Program-made: the position numbers and the translations under genes
Shown here: piece by piece, positions 10,450-19,430 of the stretch
Position numbering within the stretch: position 1 is the stretch's first letter
Layout of the letters: every line of letters begins with the position of its first letter
Source of the DNA: Candidatus Dormiibacterota bacterium
GTDB lineage: Bacteria > Chloroflexota > Dormibacteria > Aeolococcales > Aeolococcaceae
Assembly (NCBI GenBank): GCA_963833055.1
Contig: CAWHWM010000003.1
Coordinates: 71,402 to 135,401, forward strand
Length of the DNA stretch: 64,000 nt
Direction: 5' to 3'
The notes under the pieces: generated by a model
Seen by the model: only the letters and a program-made list of their open reading frames with translations
Told to the model about the DNA's origin: nothing
Database searches by the model: none

Positions 10450-10946
10450 GCTCCGTGGTCGCCCTCGCCGTTGACCGCTGACCCGGTCACGTCGATGGAG
10501 CGCTCGTCGTCGTGCTCCTCCATGCGGCGTGCCGGTGGCGCGTCACCGGACGGGGTCATCGCAATCGAGGCGTTGAGGACTGCGCCTTCGTCCACGCGGA
10601 GACGACCCGCGCGGATCTCGCCGGCAAACGACGCTGTCTCGCCGAGCGACACCAGCTCGCCGGCGATCGCAGTGCCCTCGACAGCGCCCATCACGGTGAT
10701 GTCGCGAGCCGAGATCTGAGCACGCGCCGTCGCGCCTGCGTGGACGCTCACCTCGCCCGTCGCTGAGATCTCGCCGTCGACCGTGCCCTCGACGCGGACG
10801 TCACCGTCGACGGTCAGCGTGCCGACCAGCGAATCGCGTGGCCCGAGATGGACGGCGCTGGTCTGTTCAGGCGCTTCGGACGTCGCTGCACCACGACGTC
10901 CACGCGCTCTGCTCGATGTCGACGGTCCGGTTTCGCTCGTGTCCAT
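10347..10946 (-). CDS. bactofilin (polymer-forming cytoskeletal protein) with acidic C-terminal tail
   Basis: MDTSETG start at 10946. Bactofilin core: LVGTLTVDGDVRVEGTVDGEISATGEVSVHAGATARAQISARDITVMGAVEGTAIAGELVSLGETASFAGEIRAGRLRVDEGAVLNASIAM. Confidence 0.8.
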   Translation of the reverse strand: MDTSETGPSTSSRARGRRGAATSEAPEQTSAVHLGPRDSLVGTLTVDGDVRVEGTVDGEISATGEVSVHAGATARAQISARDITVMGAVEGTAIAGELVSLGETASFAGEIRAGRLRVDEGAVLNASIAMTPSGDAPPARRMEEHDDERSIDVTGSAVNGEGDHGAYGAENAGSESDAYSDERTAETSSVSSGVDSEEG

Positions 10947-11059
10947 GGCGGCTCCTTCGCTACGGCTCGGCGGCTGCGGTCGCACCTATCGTACGGGTCC
11001 GTCCGCGCAGCCGAGTCAGGCGTCCGGGTTACGAACTGCGGAAGGTTTTCGGGCTCGAC

Positions 11060-12115
11060 TCAGACCACAAGATCGCGGCTGAAGTCGGCCGTTGACGCGA
11101 CTCCGGCAAGGCCCATCGCGTGTTCGAGCTCGTCGCGGTACCCGTCGATCACTCGCTGCACGCCCGTCGCACCCTCGGCCGCCAGACCCCACAGAATCGG
11201 GCGTCCAACCATCGTCGCGGTGGCCCCGAGGGCAAGCGCCACGAAGACGTCCGTGCCGCTGACGATGCCGCCGTCCACCAGCACCGGTGCGCGGCCCTCG
11301 ACAGCGGCAACGATCTCCGGGAGCGCGACCGCTGACGCGATTGCGCGGTCGAGCTGCCGTCCACCGTGGTTGGAAACGGCCACACATGCTGCCCCGGCGT
11401 CGAGGCACGCCACCGCGTCGTCAGCGCGAAGCACCCCCTTGACGATCACGGGCAGCCCGCTGATATCGCGCAGCCAGGCGATCGTGTCGAGATTGATCGC
11501 CGCGTCCTGCTCCATCCCGGCAGTGATCTCGTCCACCGACGCTCCAGGTGGAAGGTGCGTGCCGGCGTTGACGAGATGCTGCTCCCTGCTGACGGGGGCG
11601 AAGTGTCCGCGCCGCTTGAAGCCGATGTATGGCAGATCCACGGTGAGGACGAGCGCTGTGGCGCCAAGGCCGGCGGCGCGGCGGACCAGCCCATCGGTGA
11701 TCCGGTGCTCGCGGACGACATACACCTGGTACCACCAGGGGCCTGTGAGCTCTGCGGCGATCTCCTCGAGGAGCCGGGTTGCCCGAGTGGTGACCACCAT
11801 GAGACCGCCGGCGGCGCTCACGCCACGTGCGGTCTCGACCTCGCCGTCCGGGTGCGCGACCTGGTGATACGCGGTGGGCGCGACGATGACGGGCTGGGTG
11901 AGGTGCACCCCCAGAACGTCAGTGGTCAGATCGGGGCTGGTCACACCGCGAAGCGCGCGCGGGCGCAGGCGATAGCGGCGCCACGCGGCCCGGGATTCCT
12001 CCAGGCTGAGCTCGTCGCCCGCTCCGGCCGCGATGTAGTCGAAGGCGGCCGGCGGCAGCATGGTGCGAGCGGCCATCTCGTAGTCCACGAGGATGTCGGT
12101 CAAGGACTGATCCAT
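11060..12115 (-). CDS. FMN-dependent alpha-hydroxy acid oxidase/dehydrogenase (lactate/glycolate oxidase family)
   Basis: The FMN_dh family N-terminus is AFDYIAGGAGDE-like (AAFDYIAAGAGDELSLEE). Also present: ..LPVIVKGVLRADDA.. and ..AVSNHGGRQLD... Start set at MDQSL (12115). Confidence 0.8.
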   Translation of the reverse strand: MDQSLTDILVDYEMAARTMLPPAAFDYIAAGAGDELSLEESRAAWRRYRLRPRALRGVTSPDLTTDVLGVHLTQPVIVAPTAYHQVAHPDGEVETARGVSAAGGLMVVTTRATRLLEEIAAELTGPWWYQVYVVREHRITDGLVRRAAGLGATALVLTVDLPYIGFKRRGHFAPVSREQHLVNAGTHLPPGASVDEITAGMEQDAAINLDTIAWLRDISGLPVIVKGVLRADDAVACLDAGAACVAVSNHGGRQLDRAIASAVALPEIVAAVEGRAPVLVDGGIVSGTDVFVALALGATATMVGRPILWGLAAEGATGVQRVIDGYRDELEHAMGLAGVASTADFSRDLVV

Positions 12116-12140
12116 CCGGGGATTGTCCGCCAGCCCGGCC

Positions 12141-12941
12141 TCAGCCGGACGGCAGGGGCACGTACGCGTTGAGCGGGATGATCGGCTCGGCCACACCCGC
12201 TGCGACGGCGCCGGTGCACTGTGTGAGCTCGATCTCCTGCTGCCCGGGCGCGCCGACCAGATCCGTCAGTGCAGGACAGTTGTACGAGGCCGCGAACCGG
12301 CTCGGCGTTGACGCCGGCCCGTACGTGACCGAGTTGGTGAAGTAGCACTGCGAATCGCTGGATGCGTGGACCCGATAGCGGTGCGTCGCGATCTCGTCCT
12401 CACCGCTGTCGTGGACGGTGAGCGTGCTCGGCATGCAGGTCTCGGCGTCGGTGACGAAGCATTGCGCCGCCAGAGCCGATCCCTCGGACGTGGCGCCGCC
12501 CGCTCCGACGCTCGCAGATCCGCATGACGGCACCGGCGCGATCGCCGCGGTGACTGCGGATGCACCGGTCGCAAGCCCGAGCGTGGCGAGGATGACCAGC
12601 AGGTTGCGCGTCACGTTGCGGACGGCGCCCCGCCCGCGTGCGAGCACCAGGGCGCTGAAGATCAGCGTGTCGGCGCCCACCAGGATCCCGAAGGTGAGCC
12701 CCGCTGCGACGAAACCCGTCAGCACTGAGACAACCACCGCGACCACGAGCGCCACAAGCTCGGCGATCACGTACCAGCGATTGACGAAGCGATGGCCGGC
12801 GGCGAGCGCCACGATCGCGAGCAACGCGAGCAGCAGGAGCCCTGCCACCAGCGCGAAGCCGAGCCCTGCCCAGAAACAGAGCGCCGCCCAGGCGACGAGG
12901 AGCACGCCGAAGAAGATCAGGGGCTGAACGCGACCACCCAC
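12141..12941 (-). CDS. hypothetical membrane protein with Cys-containing extracytoplasmic C-terminal domain
   Basis: About four TM helices (LIFFGVLLVAWAALCFWAGLGFALVAGLLLLALLAIVALAA ...) are followed by a soluble domain with 6 Cys. Start set at GTG 12941 to avoid overlap with the upstream gene's stop at 12953. Confidence 0.5.
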   Translation of the reverse strand: MGGRVQPLIFFGVLLVAWAALCFWAGLGFALVAGLLLLALLAIVALAAGHRFVNRWYVIAELVALVVAVVVSVLTGFVAAGLTFGILVGADTLIFSALVLARGRGAVRNVTRNLLVILATLGLATGASAVTAAIAPVPSCGSASVGAGGATSEGSALAAQCFVTDAETCMPSTLTVHDSGEDEIATHRYRVHASSDSQCYFTNSVTYGPASTPSRFAASYNCPALTDLVGAPGQQEIELTQCTGAVAAGVAEPIIPLNAYVPLPSG

Positions 12942-12952
12942 GGGGCGCGAGT

Positions 12953-14149
12953 TTATTGCTGTGCGGCGGCGGCGAGTGTGACCGTGGTCTGGTGGAGGTC
13001 CCCGGTGGGATCGATCCACGTCATCGTGACCCGCTGCCCCGCGTGGTCGCCCTGGAGCAGGAGCGCAAGCGATGCCTCCGAGGTGACCGCATTGCCGCCG
13101 AGCTCGGTGATCACGTCACCCGCAGTGAGCCCAGCCTCAGCCGCGGGGCTCCCGCTGACCACTCCCGTGGCGGTCCCGCAGCCGACGACCACAAGCACGC
13201 CGGTCCGCGCGGTGTCGTCCTGCGGGCATATCCCAAGGAACGCGGCGTTGGGCCGTGCCGCCGGCTGCGCCAGCAGCTGGTGTGCGTAGTTGAGCGCGGT
13301 GTTGATGGGGATGGCGAAGGATTCGACGGCACTCGGCTCCGGTCCCCTGCGCCCATCGCTCGCTGCGGTGTCCATGCCGATCACCTGGCCGTTGCTGTTG
13401 ACGAGCGGACCGCCCGAGTCGCCAGGCTGGATCGGGGCGTTGGTCTGAATCATCCCGTTCAGGGTCTCGGTGCTGTTCCCGGTCTCATCGGAGGCGGTGA
13501 TCGTCTGCCCGAGTGCGGTCACCTCACCTGTGGCCACCGCCGGCGCGCCCCCACGCCCTTCGGCGTTCCCAAGGGCGGTGATGTTGTCGCCGATGTGCAC
13601 TGCCGAAGAGTTGCCGATCGGTGCTGTGGCGAAGCCGCTTGCACCCTGAATCTGCAGGACGGCGACGTCGTGGGACGTGTCGCCGCCGATCTCGGTCGCC
13701 GGGTAGGTCAGGCCCGTCGAGGTGAGCCGGACGCTGATCGTCTGCTCGCCCTGGACCACGTGGTAGTTGGTCAGGACCACCCCCGCGGACGTCAGCACGA
13801 TGCCCGTTCCCGCCGCTGCGGCACCGTCGCCGAGCGAGGTGTCGATATCAACCACCGCTGCCTGGACACCGGCCGTGCTTCCCGAGCCACCGAAGCCGCG
13901 GGTGGCGATCACGGCGGTCGCCGCGGCGCTCGCGGCAAAGACGAAGATCACCGCGGCAACGCCGAACATCAGCAGGCGGGACGTGCGTCGCGGCGGTGGC
14001 GCAGGGTCGTAGGTGTAGAAGGTCTGCGGCCACCAGCCGGGCGGTGCCGCCGGAGGCGCGGACGTCCAGCCCGTGCCGCCCCAAGGGTCGTTCGAACGCT
14101 CTCCCCCTGGCCACGCCGGCGGTCCGGCGGGGACCTCCTCCTCGCTCAT
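12953..14149 (-). CDS. trypsin-like serine protease with PDZ domain (S1C/HtrA-like), membrane anchored
   Basis: A Pro-rich N-terminus and one TM are followed by triad contexts LTNYHVV, HDVAVLQ and PGDSGGPL. The C-terminal PDZ is GVVSGSPAAEAGLTAGDVITELGG. Confidence 0.85.
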   Translation of the reverse strand: MSEEEVPAGPPAWPGGERSNDPWGGTGWTSAPPAAPPGWWPQTFYTYDPAPPPRRTSRLLMFGVAAVIFVFAASAAATAVIATRGFGGSGSTAGVQAAVVDIDTSLGDGAAAAGTGIVLTSAGVVLTNYHVVQGEQTISVRLTSTGLTYPATEIGGDTSHDVAVLQIQGASGFATAPIGNSSAVHIGDNITALGNAEGRGGAPAVATGEVTALGQTITASDETGNSTETLNGMIQTNAPIQPGDSGGPLVNSNGQVIGMDTAASDGRRGPEPSAVESFAIPINTALNYAHQLLAQPAARPNAAFLGICPQDDTARTGVLVVVGCGTATGVVSGSPAAEAGLTAGDVITELGGNAVTSEASLALLLQGDHAGQRVTMTWIDPTGDLHQTTVTLAAAAQQ

Positions 14150-14285
14150 GCTCTCCCTATTGTCGCGAGTTCGCCCCTCCAGTGCATGAACCGGGAGCGC
14201 CCCGCGTGCCGCGCATCGAGCGCGCGGACGCGGGCGTCCCGTGCATCCAGCCGGTGGTCGGACCGGTAAACCCGGTCCGACGCGA

Positions 14286-14604
14286 CTACATGACGTCGAA
14301 GGTTTCCGCGACCTCGACGGCAGGAACCGCCGCCGAGCACCGGGCAGCCCTTGGCCAGCTCGACAGCCGCATCGAGACTGTCTGCGGTGATCAGGCTGTA
14401 TCCGGTGGCTGCGTTTGTGCCACCACCGTCAGAAACCGAGCCATCGCTGGCGATGGTCTTCGCCTGTCCGACCGGATTGCCGCCGTCGGCGAGCGCCGGT
14501 CCGAGGTTCTGGAACCATGTTCCCCACGCTGCCATCGCTTCCGCCTGTGCAGCCTCGCTCTCGGGCATGCCGCCGCCGTGGTAGACGAGCAGATATTTCG
14601 CCAT
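14286..14604 (-). CDS. YCII/DGPF-related protein, probable 1-nt indel near 14325
   Basis: MAKYLLVYHGGGMPESEAAQAEAMAAWGTWF... The in-frame tail after AKGCPVLGGGS is Arg-rich nonsense running to 14146. A one-base shift gives ..VEVAETFDVM with stop at 14286-14288, a typical YCII C-terminus. GGAGGAGG lies upstream of ATG 14604. Confidence 0.65.
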
Positions 14605-14622
14605 GTCGTGCCTCCTCCGTGG

Positions 14623-15837
14623 TCAGTTGTTGTTCGCGCCGATGGCGCGGATGGCATGGGGTTCGAGGCGCGTCTCGAGGAGCGCGCGCTCTGACGGGTT
14701 GTCGGTGAGCTCGATGGCGCGACGATCCGCATCGGCCGCCTCGTCGAGCCTGCCGAAACGGCGGAGCAACTCCGCACGGGTCGCCCAGTAGAGGTGATAG
14801 CCGTCGAGCTCCTGTCGGAGCGCGTCGAGCTCCTCCATCGCAGGGACAGGCCCCGCCACATGCTCGAGGGCGATCGCGCGGTTGAGGCGGACCACTGGGC
14901 CGGGATTGAGCCGGGCGAGCGCCCCGTACAGCGCGAGGATCTGCGGCCAGTCGGTCTCGTCGAAGGTCGGAGCCTCCGCGTGGCATGCGGCGATCGCAGC
15001 CTGCAGCCAGTACGAGCCCGGCGTGCCCAGGCGGCGTGCCTGCTCCAGCAGCGCGCCCGACGCAGCGATCGCCGCATGGTCCCAGCGAGAGCGATCCTGG
15101 TCGCGGAGCAGCACCAGCGTGCCGTCCGCGTCGAAACGGCTCCCCCGCCGCGATTCGTGGAGGCGCATCAACGCCAGGAGCGCGAGCACCTCGGACTCCT
15201 CGGGCAGCATGCGCGCGAGCAGGCCGCAGAGCCAGATGGCGTCGGCGCACAGATCGCGGCTGGTTGCGACATCGGGGCCGCTGCCGAGATAGCCCTCGTT
15301 GAAGACGATGTACAGCGAGGCGAGCACCTCGGCGAGCCGATCGGGCAGCTCGTCGGGTTCCGGCATCCGGTAGGGAATCCGCGCCCCGACGATCTTGCGT
15401 TTCGCCCGGACAATCCGCTGCGCCATGGTCGCCTCAGACACGAGAAAGGCGTGCGCGATCTGGCTCGTCGTCATGCCCATCACCGCACGGAGGGTCAGCG
15501 CAACCTGGGCATCTCGCGCCAGCGCCGGGTGGCAGCAGATGAAGATGAGGCGGAGGCGATCGTCCGGGTCGGAACGCACGTCCGGCGCCCAGCCATCGGT
15601 CAGCAACTGCAGCTTGCTGCGATAGGTCGAATCGCGACGCAGGCGATCGATCGCGCGGCGCCGTGCCGTCTGGAGCAGCCACGCGGCAGGGCGCTCCGGA
15701 ACACCGTCGACCGGCCAGCGTTGGAGCGCCGCGACGATGGCGTCCTGCACCAGGTCCTCGGCGAGGTCGAAGTCACCGGTGATGCGAACCAGCGAACCGC
15801 AGATCAGGCCGGCCTCAGCGCGGAAGACCGCGTTCAT
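14623..15837 (-). CDS. ECF sigma factor with long C-terminal TPR-like extension (ECF42-type)
   Basis: Region 2 is DLAEDLVQDAIVAALQRWP..PAAWLLQTARRRAIDRLRR. Region 4 is MTTSQIAHAFLVSEATMAQRIVRAKRKI. An extension of about 200 aa follows. It is flanked by YCII/DGPF genes. Start candidates are 15837, 15864 and 15873. Confidence 0.8.
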   Translation of the reverse strand: MNAVFRAEAGLICGSLVRITGDFDLAEDLVQDAIVAALQRWPVDGVPERPAAWLLQTARRRAIDRLRRDSTYRSKLQLLTDGWAPDVRSDPDDRLRLIFICCHPALARDAQVALTLRAVMGMTTSQIAHAFLVSEATMAQRIVRAKRKIVGARIPYRMPEPDELPDRLAEVLASLYIVFNEGYLGSGPDVATSRDLCADAIWLCGLLARMLPEESEVLALLALMRLHESRRGSRFDADGTLVLLRDQDRSRWDHAAIAASGALLEQARRLGTPGSYWLQAAIAACHAEAPTFDETDWPQILALYGALARLNPGPVVRLNRAIALEHVAGPVPAMEELDALRQELDGYHLYWATRAELLRRFGRLDEAADADRRAIELTDNPSERALLETRLEPHAIRAIGANNN

Positions 15838-16252
15838 CGCCTCTGCGGTCGGGCCGTGCTCCATCACTCGCACTTCCTGGACCGATCAGCCGACCGGGTG
15901 GTGCGGCATGTTCGTCGTGAATCACGACGGGGCGGATCTCGACGAGCTGATCCTTCGGCGGCCACTTCTTGGCGATGGCGATCGCCTCATCGAGGTCCTC
16001 CACATCGATCACCACGAAGCCCGCGACGTTCTCCTTGCTCTCCATGAAGGGGCCGTCGGTGACGAGCGGCTTGCCTTCCTGAAAACGGATCGTGGTCGCG
16101 GTGTTCGAGGCCTGCAACTCCTCGCCACCGCGGAGCTTGCCATCGCGGCCGATCTCCGAGAACCACTCGTCGATGGCGGCGTAATGCGCGCGCTCCGCGT
16201 CATCGTCGAGGGTGTTCTCCTCGTTCTTGATGAACAGCAGCATGTATTTCAC
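15815..16252 (-). CDS. YCII-related (DGPF motif) protein
   Basis: MKYMLLFIKNEE... contains VTDGPFMESKENVAGFVVIDVEDLDEAIAIAKKWP. AAGGAG lies upstream of ATG 16252. The 3' end overlaps the sigma factor start region. Confidence 0.75.
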   Translation of the reverse strand: MKYMLLFIKNEENTLDDDAERAHYAAIDEWFSEIGRDGKLRGGEELQASNTATTIRFQEGKPLVTDGPFMESKENVAGFVVIDVEDLDEAIAIAKKWPPKDQLVEIRPVVIHDEHAAPPGRLIGPGSASDGARPDRRGDERGLPR

Positions 16253-16296
16253 GGATTCGGCTCCTTGGCGTCTGGATACGTCGTCCCAATGATGAC

Positions 16297-16323
16297 GACG
16301 AACGGAGAAGGCCCAAATCGACA
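16297..16323 (-). promoter_or_regulatory. candidate ECF-type promoter (TGTCGA-N17-CGTC) upstream of the YCII-sigma-YCII operon
   Basis: The minus strand reads ggcTGTCGAtttgggccttctccgttCGTCgtc, about 40 nt upstream of ATG 16252. A GTC-containing -35 and a CGTC -10 are what I recall for ECF41/42-type promoters. The exact consensus was not verified. Confidence 0.4.
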
Positions 16324-16368
16324 GCCGGACTCGCGGCGAACGATCCCGCCCTGTCAGGCTCTCGGCGC

Positions 16369-17257
16369 ATGACTGGCTGGAACGTGCTCGGACGGGCTCG
16401 CCTCGATGGCGGCGATCGTTCTGCCGTCGACGCCCTGCGGCGGGCCTGTGAAGCCGCCGAGCCGCTGGACCTGAAGCTCGAGCTCGACGAGAGCGAGCCG
16501 CTCGAGCACCCGATCCACTTTCTCGCAGTCGCCGGCGACGAGGTGATCGGGTATGCCGGGGTCACCCCCTACGAGGAAGCCGAGGTGTGCGGGATGGTCC
16601 ATCCGTCCTGGCGACGCCAGGGTGTTGGGACGGCGCTGCTCAACGCCATCCGCAGCGCTGCAGCGAACCTCGACCGCGACGCCGATCCTGGTCATCTGCG
16701 AGGACGCCGGGCCGGTCGCCGTGGCCTGGATGGAGCGCCTCGGGGCGGTGCTCGAGTCGGCGGAGAGCCGCATGATCCTTCCCCTGACCGGCTCGCGTGC
16801 GGCGCCGCCGTCCGAGACGGCGCTCGAGATCCGCTCGGCGACCGACGCAGACCACGACGTCGTGGCGGCGATCCTCGACGAGGAATTCACCGACTTTCCC
16901 GAAGAGCGCAGATTGGTTGGTATCGACGCCGGCGTGGTGGTCGGCACGTTGCGTCTCACCGGGACGACCGCGCGGACGATGATCTACGGCTTCGTCATCG
17001 ATGCGCGGCGCAGAGGCGAGCGTCTCGGGACTCGCATGCTCGCGCCGGTGCTCGCGCAGCTCCGCGAGGAAGGCGTCACCGAGGTGGGGCTCGAGGTCCT
17101 CCCGGACAACACCCCGGCGACGCGTCTCTACGAACGCTACGGGTTCAGGACCGTCACCACGTACCGGTACCTGCGGCTTCCAGTCACGCGACAAGCACTC
17201 CCGGATCCATCTCCGGCTCCGGAGCACCGTGCAGGAGCTCCGTCACCCGAGGCTTGA
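16369..17257 (+). pseudogene. two-domain GNAT N-acetyltransferase (MshD-like architecture), one apparent frameshift near 16680
   Basis: ORF 16369- gives the first GNAT domain (..VHPSWRRQGVGTALLNAIRSAA..). ORF 16553-17257, in another frame, gives the second (..FVIDARRRGERLGTRMLAPVLAQLREEGVTEVGLEVLPDNTPATRLYERYGF). The junction is ..ANLDRD|PILVICEDAG... Confidence 0.7.
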
Positions 17258-18395
17258 AGACCAGCTGCGCGACCAGTGTTGGGACGAGCGCGGTCAGCAC
17301 CACCACGGTGACGAGGATCGAATACTGCGAGCGGTTGATATATCCGTTGGTGTAACCGAACAGCGCAGCGATGGTGCCGAACGTGAGCCCGGTGGACATC
17401 ATCATCGTCGTGTACCAGGCCTCTCGTATCCGGATGCGGAACGGCCGCGTCGCCGGGAACACACCGATCACTTTCGCGAGCACCTTCACGCTGAACAGCA
17501 CGACAATCGTGAGGCTCCCGGCGATGACGGCAGGCAACGCGATCAAGGTGCCGGCCCGCAGGAAGAAGAACGGCGTGAGGAAGGTGAACGCGACGCCCCG
17601 GACGCGCCCCACCATCTTCGGGTCCTTGTGGAATATCCCCGCGGCGCCAAGGCCCAGCAGATACGCGGGGAGCACCGCCTCGGATTTCGCTGCTGTCGCA
17701 AGCGCGCCGAGCCCGAAGAGCAGCAGGAACACGTACTTCACCTCGGGCTCGCTGATCGGATGGCCGATGTGCTTGATCACGAACCGGAGTGACCGCGGCA
17801 GGAACACCATGACGATCGCGGTCGCGATCCCAAATGCGATGAGCATGCTGTTGTAATTCGCAAAGACGGCACCGAGCGCCAGCACCGTGCCGAGGTCGCA
17901 GACAAAACACGCGCAGAGGATCAGCTTGCCGAGATCGGTCTTGTTCAGCCCCGTCTCGAGCATCACCGCATAGACCACGGCGACGGACGTCGTGGACAGC
18001 GCGATCCCGGCGATCTCGCTGCCGTGCATCGGCCAGTGCAACACTCCCAGTGCGAATCCCCAGGCCGCAAGGCACGGTGCGATGAAGCCGATGCCACCGA
18101 TGACGAGGCTGGGCGTGAGGAAGCGGCGGAATGACTTCGGATCGATCTCCGCTCCCGCGAGAAACGTGAGCAGCACCGAGCCGAATCCCGCAAGGAAATC
18201 GATCCACTGGTTGGATGACATCCCGAAGAGATTGCCGCCCAGAACGCCGAGCAGAATCTCGACGAGGGCAACCGAGAGGCCGATGCGCACCGAGATGACG
18301 CTGGCCACGAATGCAAGCGCGATCCACAGGGTCGCAATGCCATAGCTGTTGTTGAGCGCGTCGAGAACGCCGATATGCAAGGGACAACAACTCAC
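17184..18395 (-). CDS. cation:proton antiporter (CPA family Na+/H+ or K+/H+ exchanger)
   Basis: A 403-aa polytopic protein with Na_H_Exchanger-type helices, e.g. LVEILLGVLGGNLFG and FGSVLLTFLAGAEIDP. Confidence 0.8.
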   Translation of the reverse strand: MSCCPLHIGVLDALNNSYGIATLWIALAFVASVISVRIGLSVALVEILLGVLGGNLFGMSSNQWIDFLAGFGSVLLTFLAGAEIDPKSFRRFLTPSLVIGGIGFIAPCLAAWGFALGVLHWPMHGSEIAGIALSTTSVAVVYAVMLETGLNKTDLGKLILCACFVCDLGTVLALGAVFANYNSMLIAFGIATAIVMVFLPRSLRFVIKHIGHPISEPEVKYVFLLLFGLGALATAAKSEAVLPAYLLGLGAAGIFHKDPKMVGRVRGVAFTFLTPFFFLRAGTLIALPAVIAGSLTIVVLFSVKVLAKVIGVFPATRPFRIRIREAWYTTMMMSTGLTFGTIAALFGYTNGYINRSQYSILVTVVVLTALVPTLVAQLVFKPRVTELLHGAPEPEMDPGVLVA

Positions 18396-18501
18396 AGGAG
18401 AACCTCCTACCAGAAGTGCTGGTAGGGCCCATCAAGCCGAGTGGCTGAGGACGGTGAGACCCATCACCGGTGACGCCCTTCGTGGCGACCGGCCAAGAAT
18501 A

Positions 18502-19425
18502 TCACGCAGCGATGTGCAGGACGACCTTCCCGGTGACGTTTCGTGACAAGAGGTCGCGCGCGAGCTCCCCGCCGCGTGTCCAGTCCGCCTCGATATCGAT
18601 ATGCGGCACCAGCACACCCGCCGCGATCAACGCGCACAACCTGCTGAGGTCCGATGCTGCGCTCTGCGTATAGCGCAGCTCATCGAAGATGAGCATGGAG
18701 CGCAATGTCGCACCGAGATGCGCACCAAACCAGCGGGGGCCAAGCGTGGCCGGCTCCATCAGCGTGGATGCGTAGGACACGACGGTTCCATGCGGCGCGA
18801 CAACATCGAGACACCGCGACAGCACCTCACCGCCGACACCGTCGAGCACGTGGTCGTACGGACCCTTCGCGTCGTTGATATCGCGGATGACCTCGTGACA
18901 TGCGCCGGCGGTCGCACGATTCGCCTCGGGGTGACGGATGAGTGCCGTGACGTGCATCTGCGCGGCGCGCGCAAGCTGAATTGCCAGGTGTCCGACCCCG
19001 CCGGATCCCCCGGTGATGAAGACGTTCTTTCCAACCGGGAAGCCACCCAGCGCCAGCGCCCGATATGCCGTTATCCCGGCGACCGGCATGCATGCTGCCT
19101 GAGCCGAGGTCACCCCCTCCGGAACCGGCGCCAGGTAATCCGCAGGTACCGCCACGAGCTCCGCCCACGCTCCGTTGCTGACGAGCCCCACGACGGTGGT
19201 TCCTGCGTCCGGACCACCCCCGCGTTCCGCGGGCTGTTCGACCACGCCGACGACGTCCCAGCCAACCTGGTCGCCCGCCTGCGAATTCTTCGCACGCGAG
19301 ACCTCGCCACGATTGAGGCTCGTGGCGTGCACGCGCACGAGCACTTCATTGGGAGCCGGTTTGGGTGCCGGCACCTCAGTGATCTGGAGAAGGTCGTCGT
19401 TGCCCGTGGTGGTGAGCGCGCGCAC
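18502..19425 (-). CDS. NADPH:quinone oxidoreductase / zinc-type alcohol dehydrogenase family (MDR)
   Basis: The GroES-like N-terminus is EVLVRVHATSLNRGE. The Rossmann motif is ITGGSGGVGHLAIQLAR. Confidence 0.8.
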   Translation of the reverse strand: MRALTTTGNDDLLQITEVPAPKPAPNEVLVRVHATSLNRGEVSRAKNSQAGDQVGWDVVGVVEQPAERGGGPDAGTTVVGLVSNGAWAELVAVPADYLAPVPEGVTSAQAACMPVAGITAYRALALGGFPVGKNVFITGGSGGVGHLAIQLARAAQMHVTALIRHPEANRATAGACHEVIRDINDAKGPYDHVLDGVGGEVLSRCLDVVAPHGTVVSYASTLMEPATLGPRWFGAHLGATLRSMLIFDELRYTQSAASDLSRLCALIAAGVLVPHIDIEADWTRGGELARDLLSRNVTGKVVLHIAA

Positions 19426-19430
19426 CGTCG

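Noticed and set aside
14794-16047. 417-aa plus-strand ORF opposite the ECF sigma factor, and similar long shadow ORFs (23082-24278, 33529-34803, 41682-42653, 31026-32006, 49071-50285, 12956-14269)
   Set aside because: Each one overlaps a gene with strong family motifs on the other strand or in another frame, and each encodes Arg/Pro/Gly-rich sequence without recognisable domains.
17137-18435. 432-aa ORF in an alternative minus-strand frame over the antiporter gene
   Set aside because: It is Arg/Gly/Pro-rich with no TM helices, whereas the 17184-18395 frame gives a canonical polytopic cation/proton antiporter.
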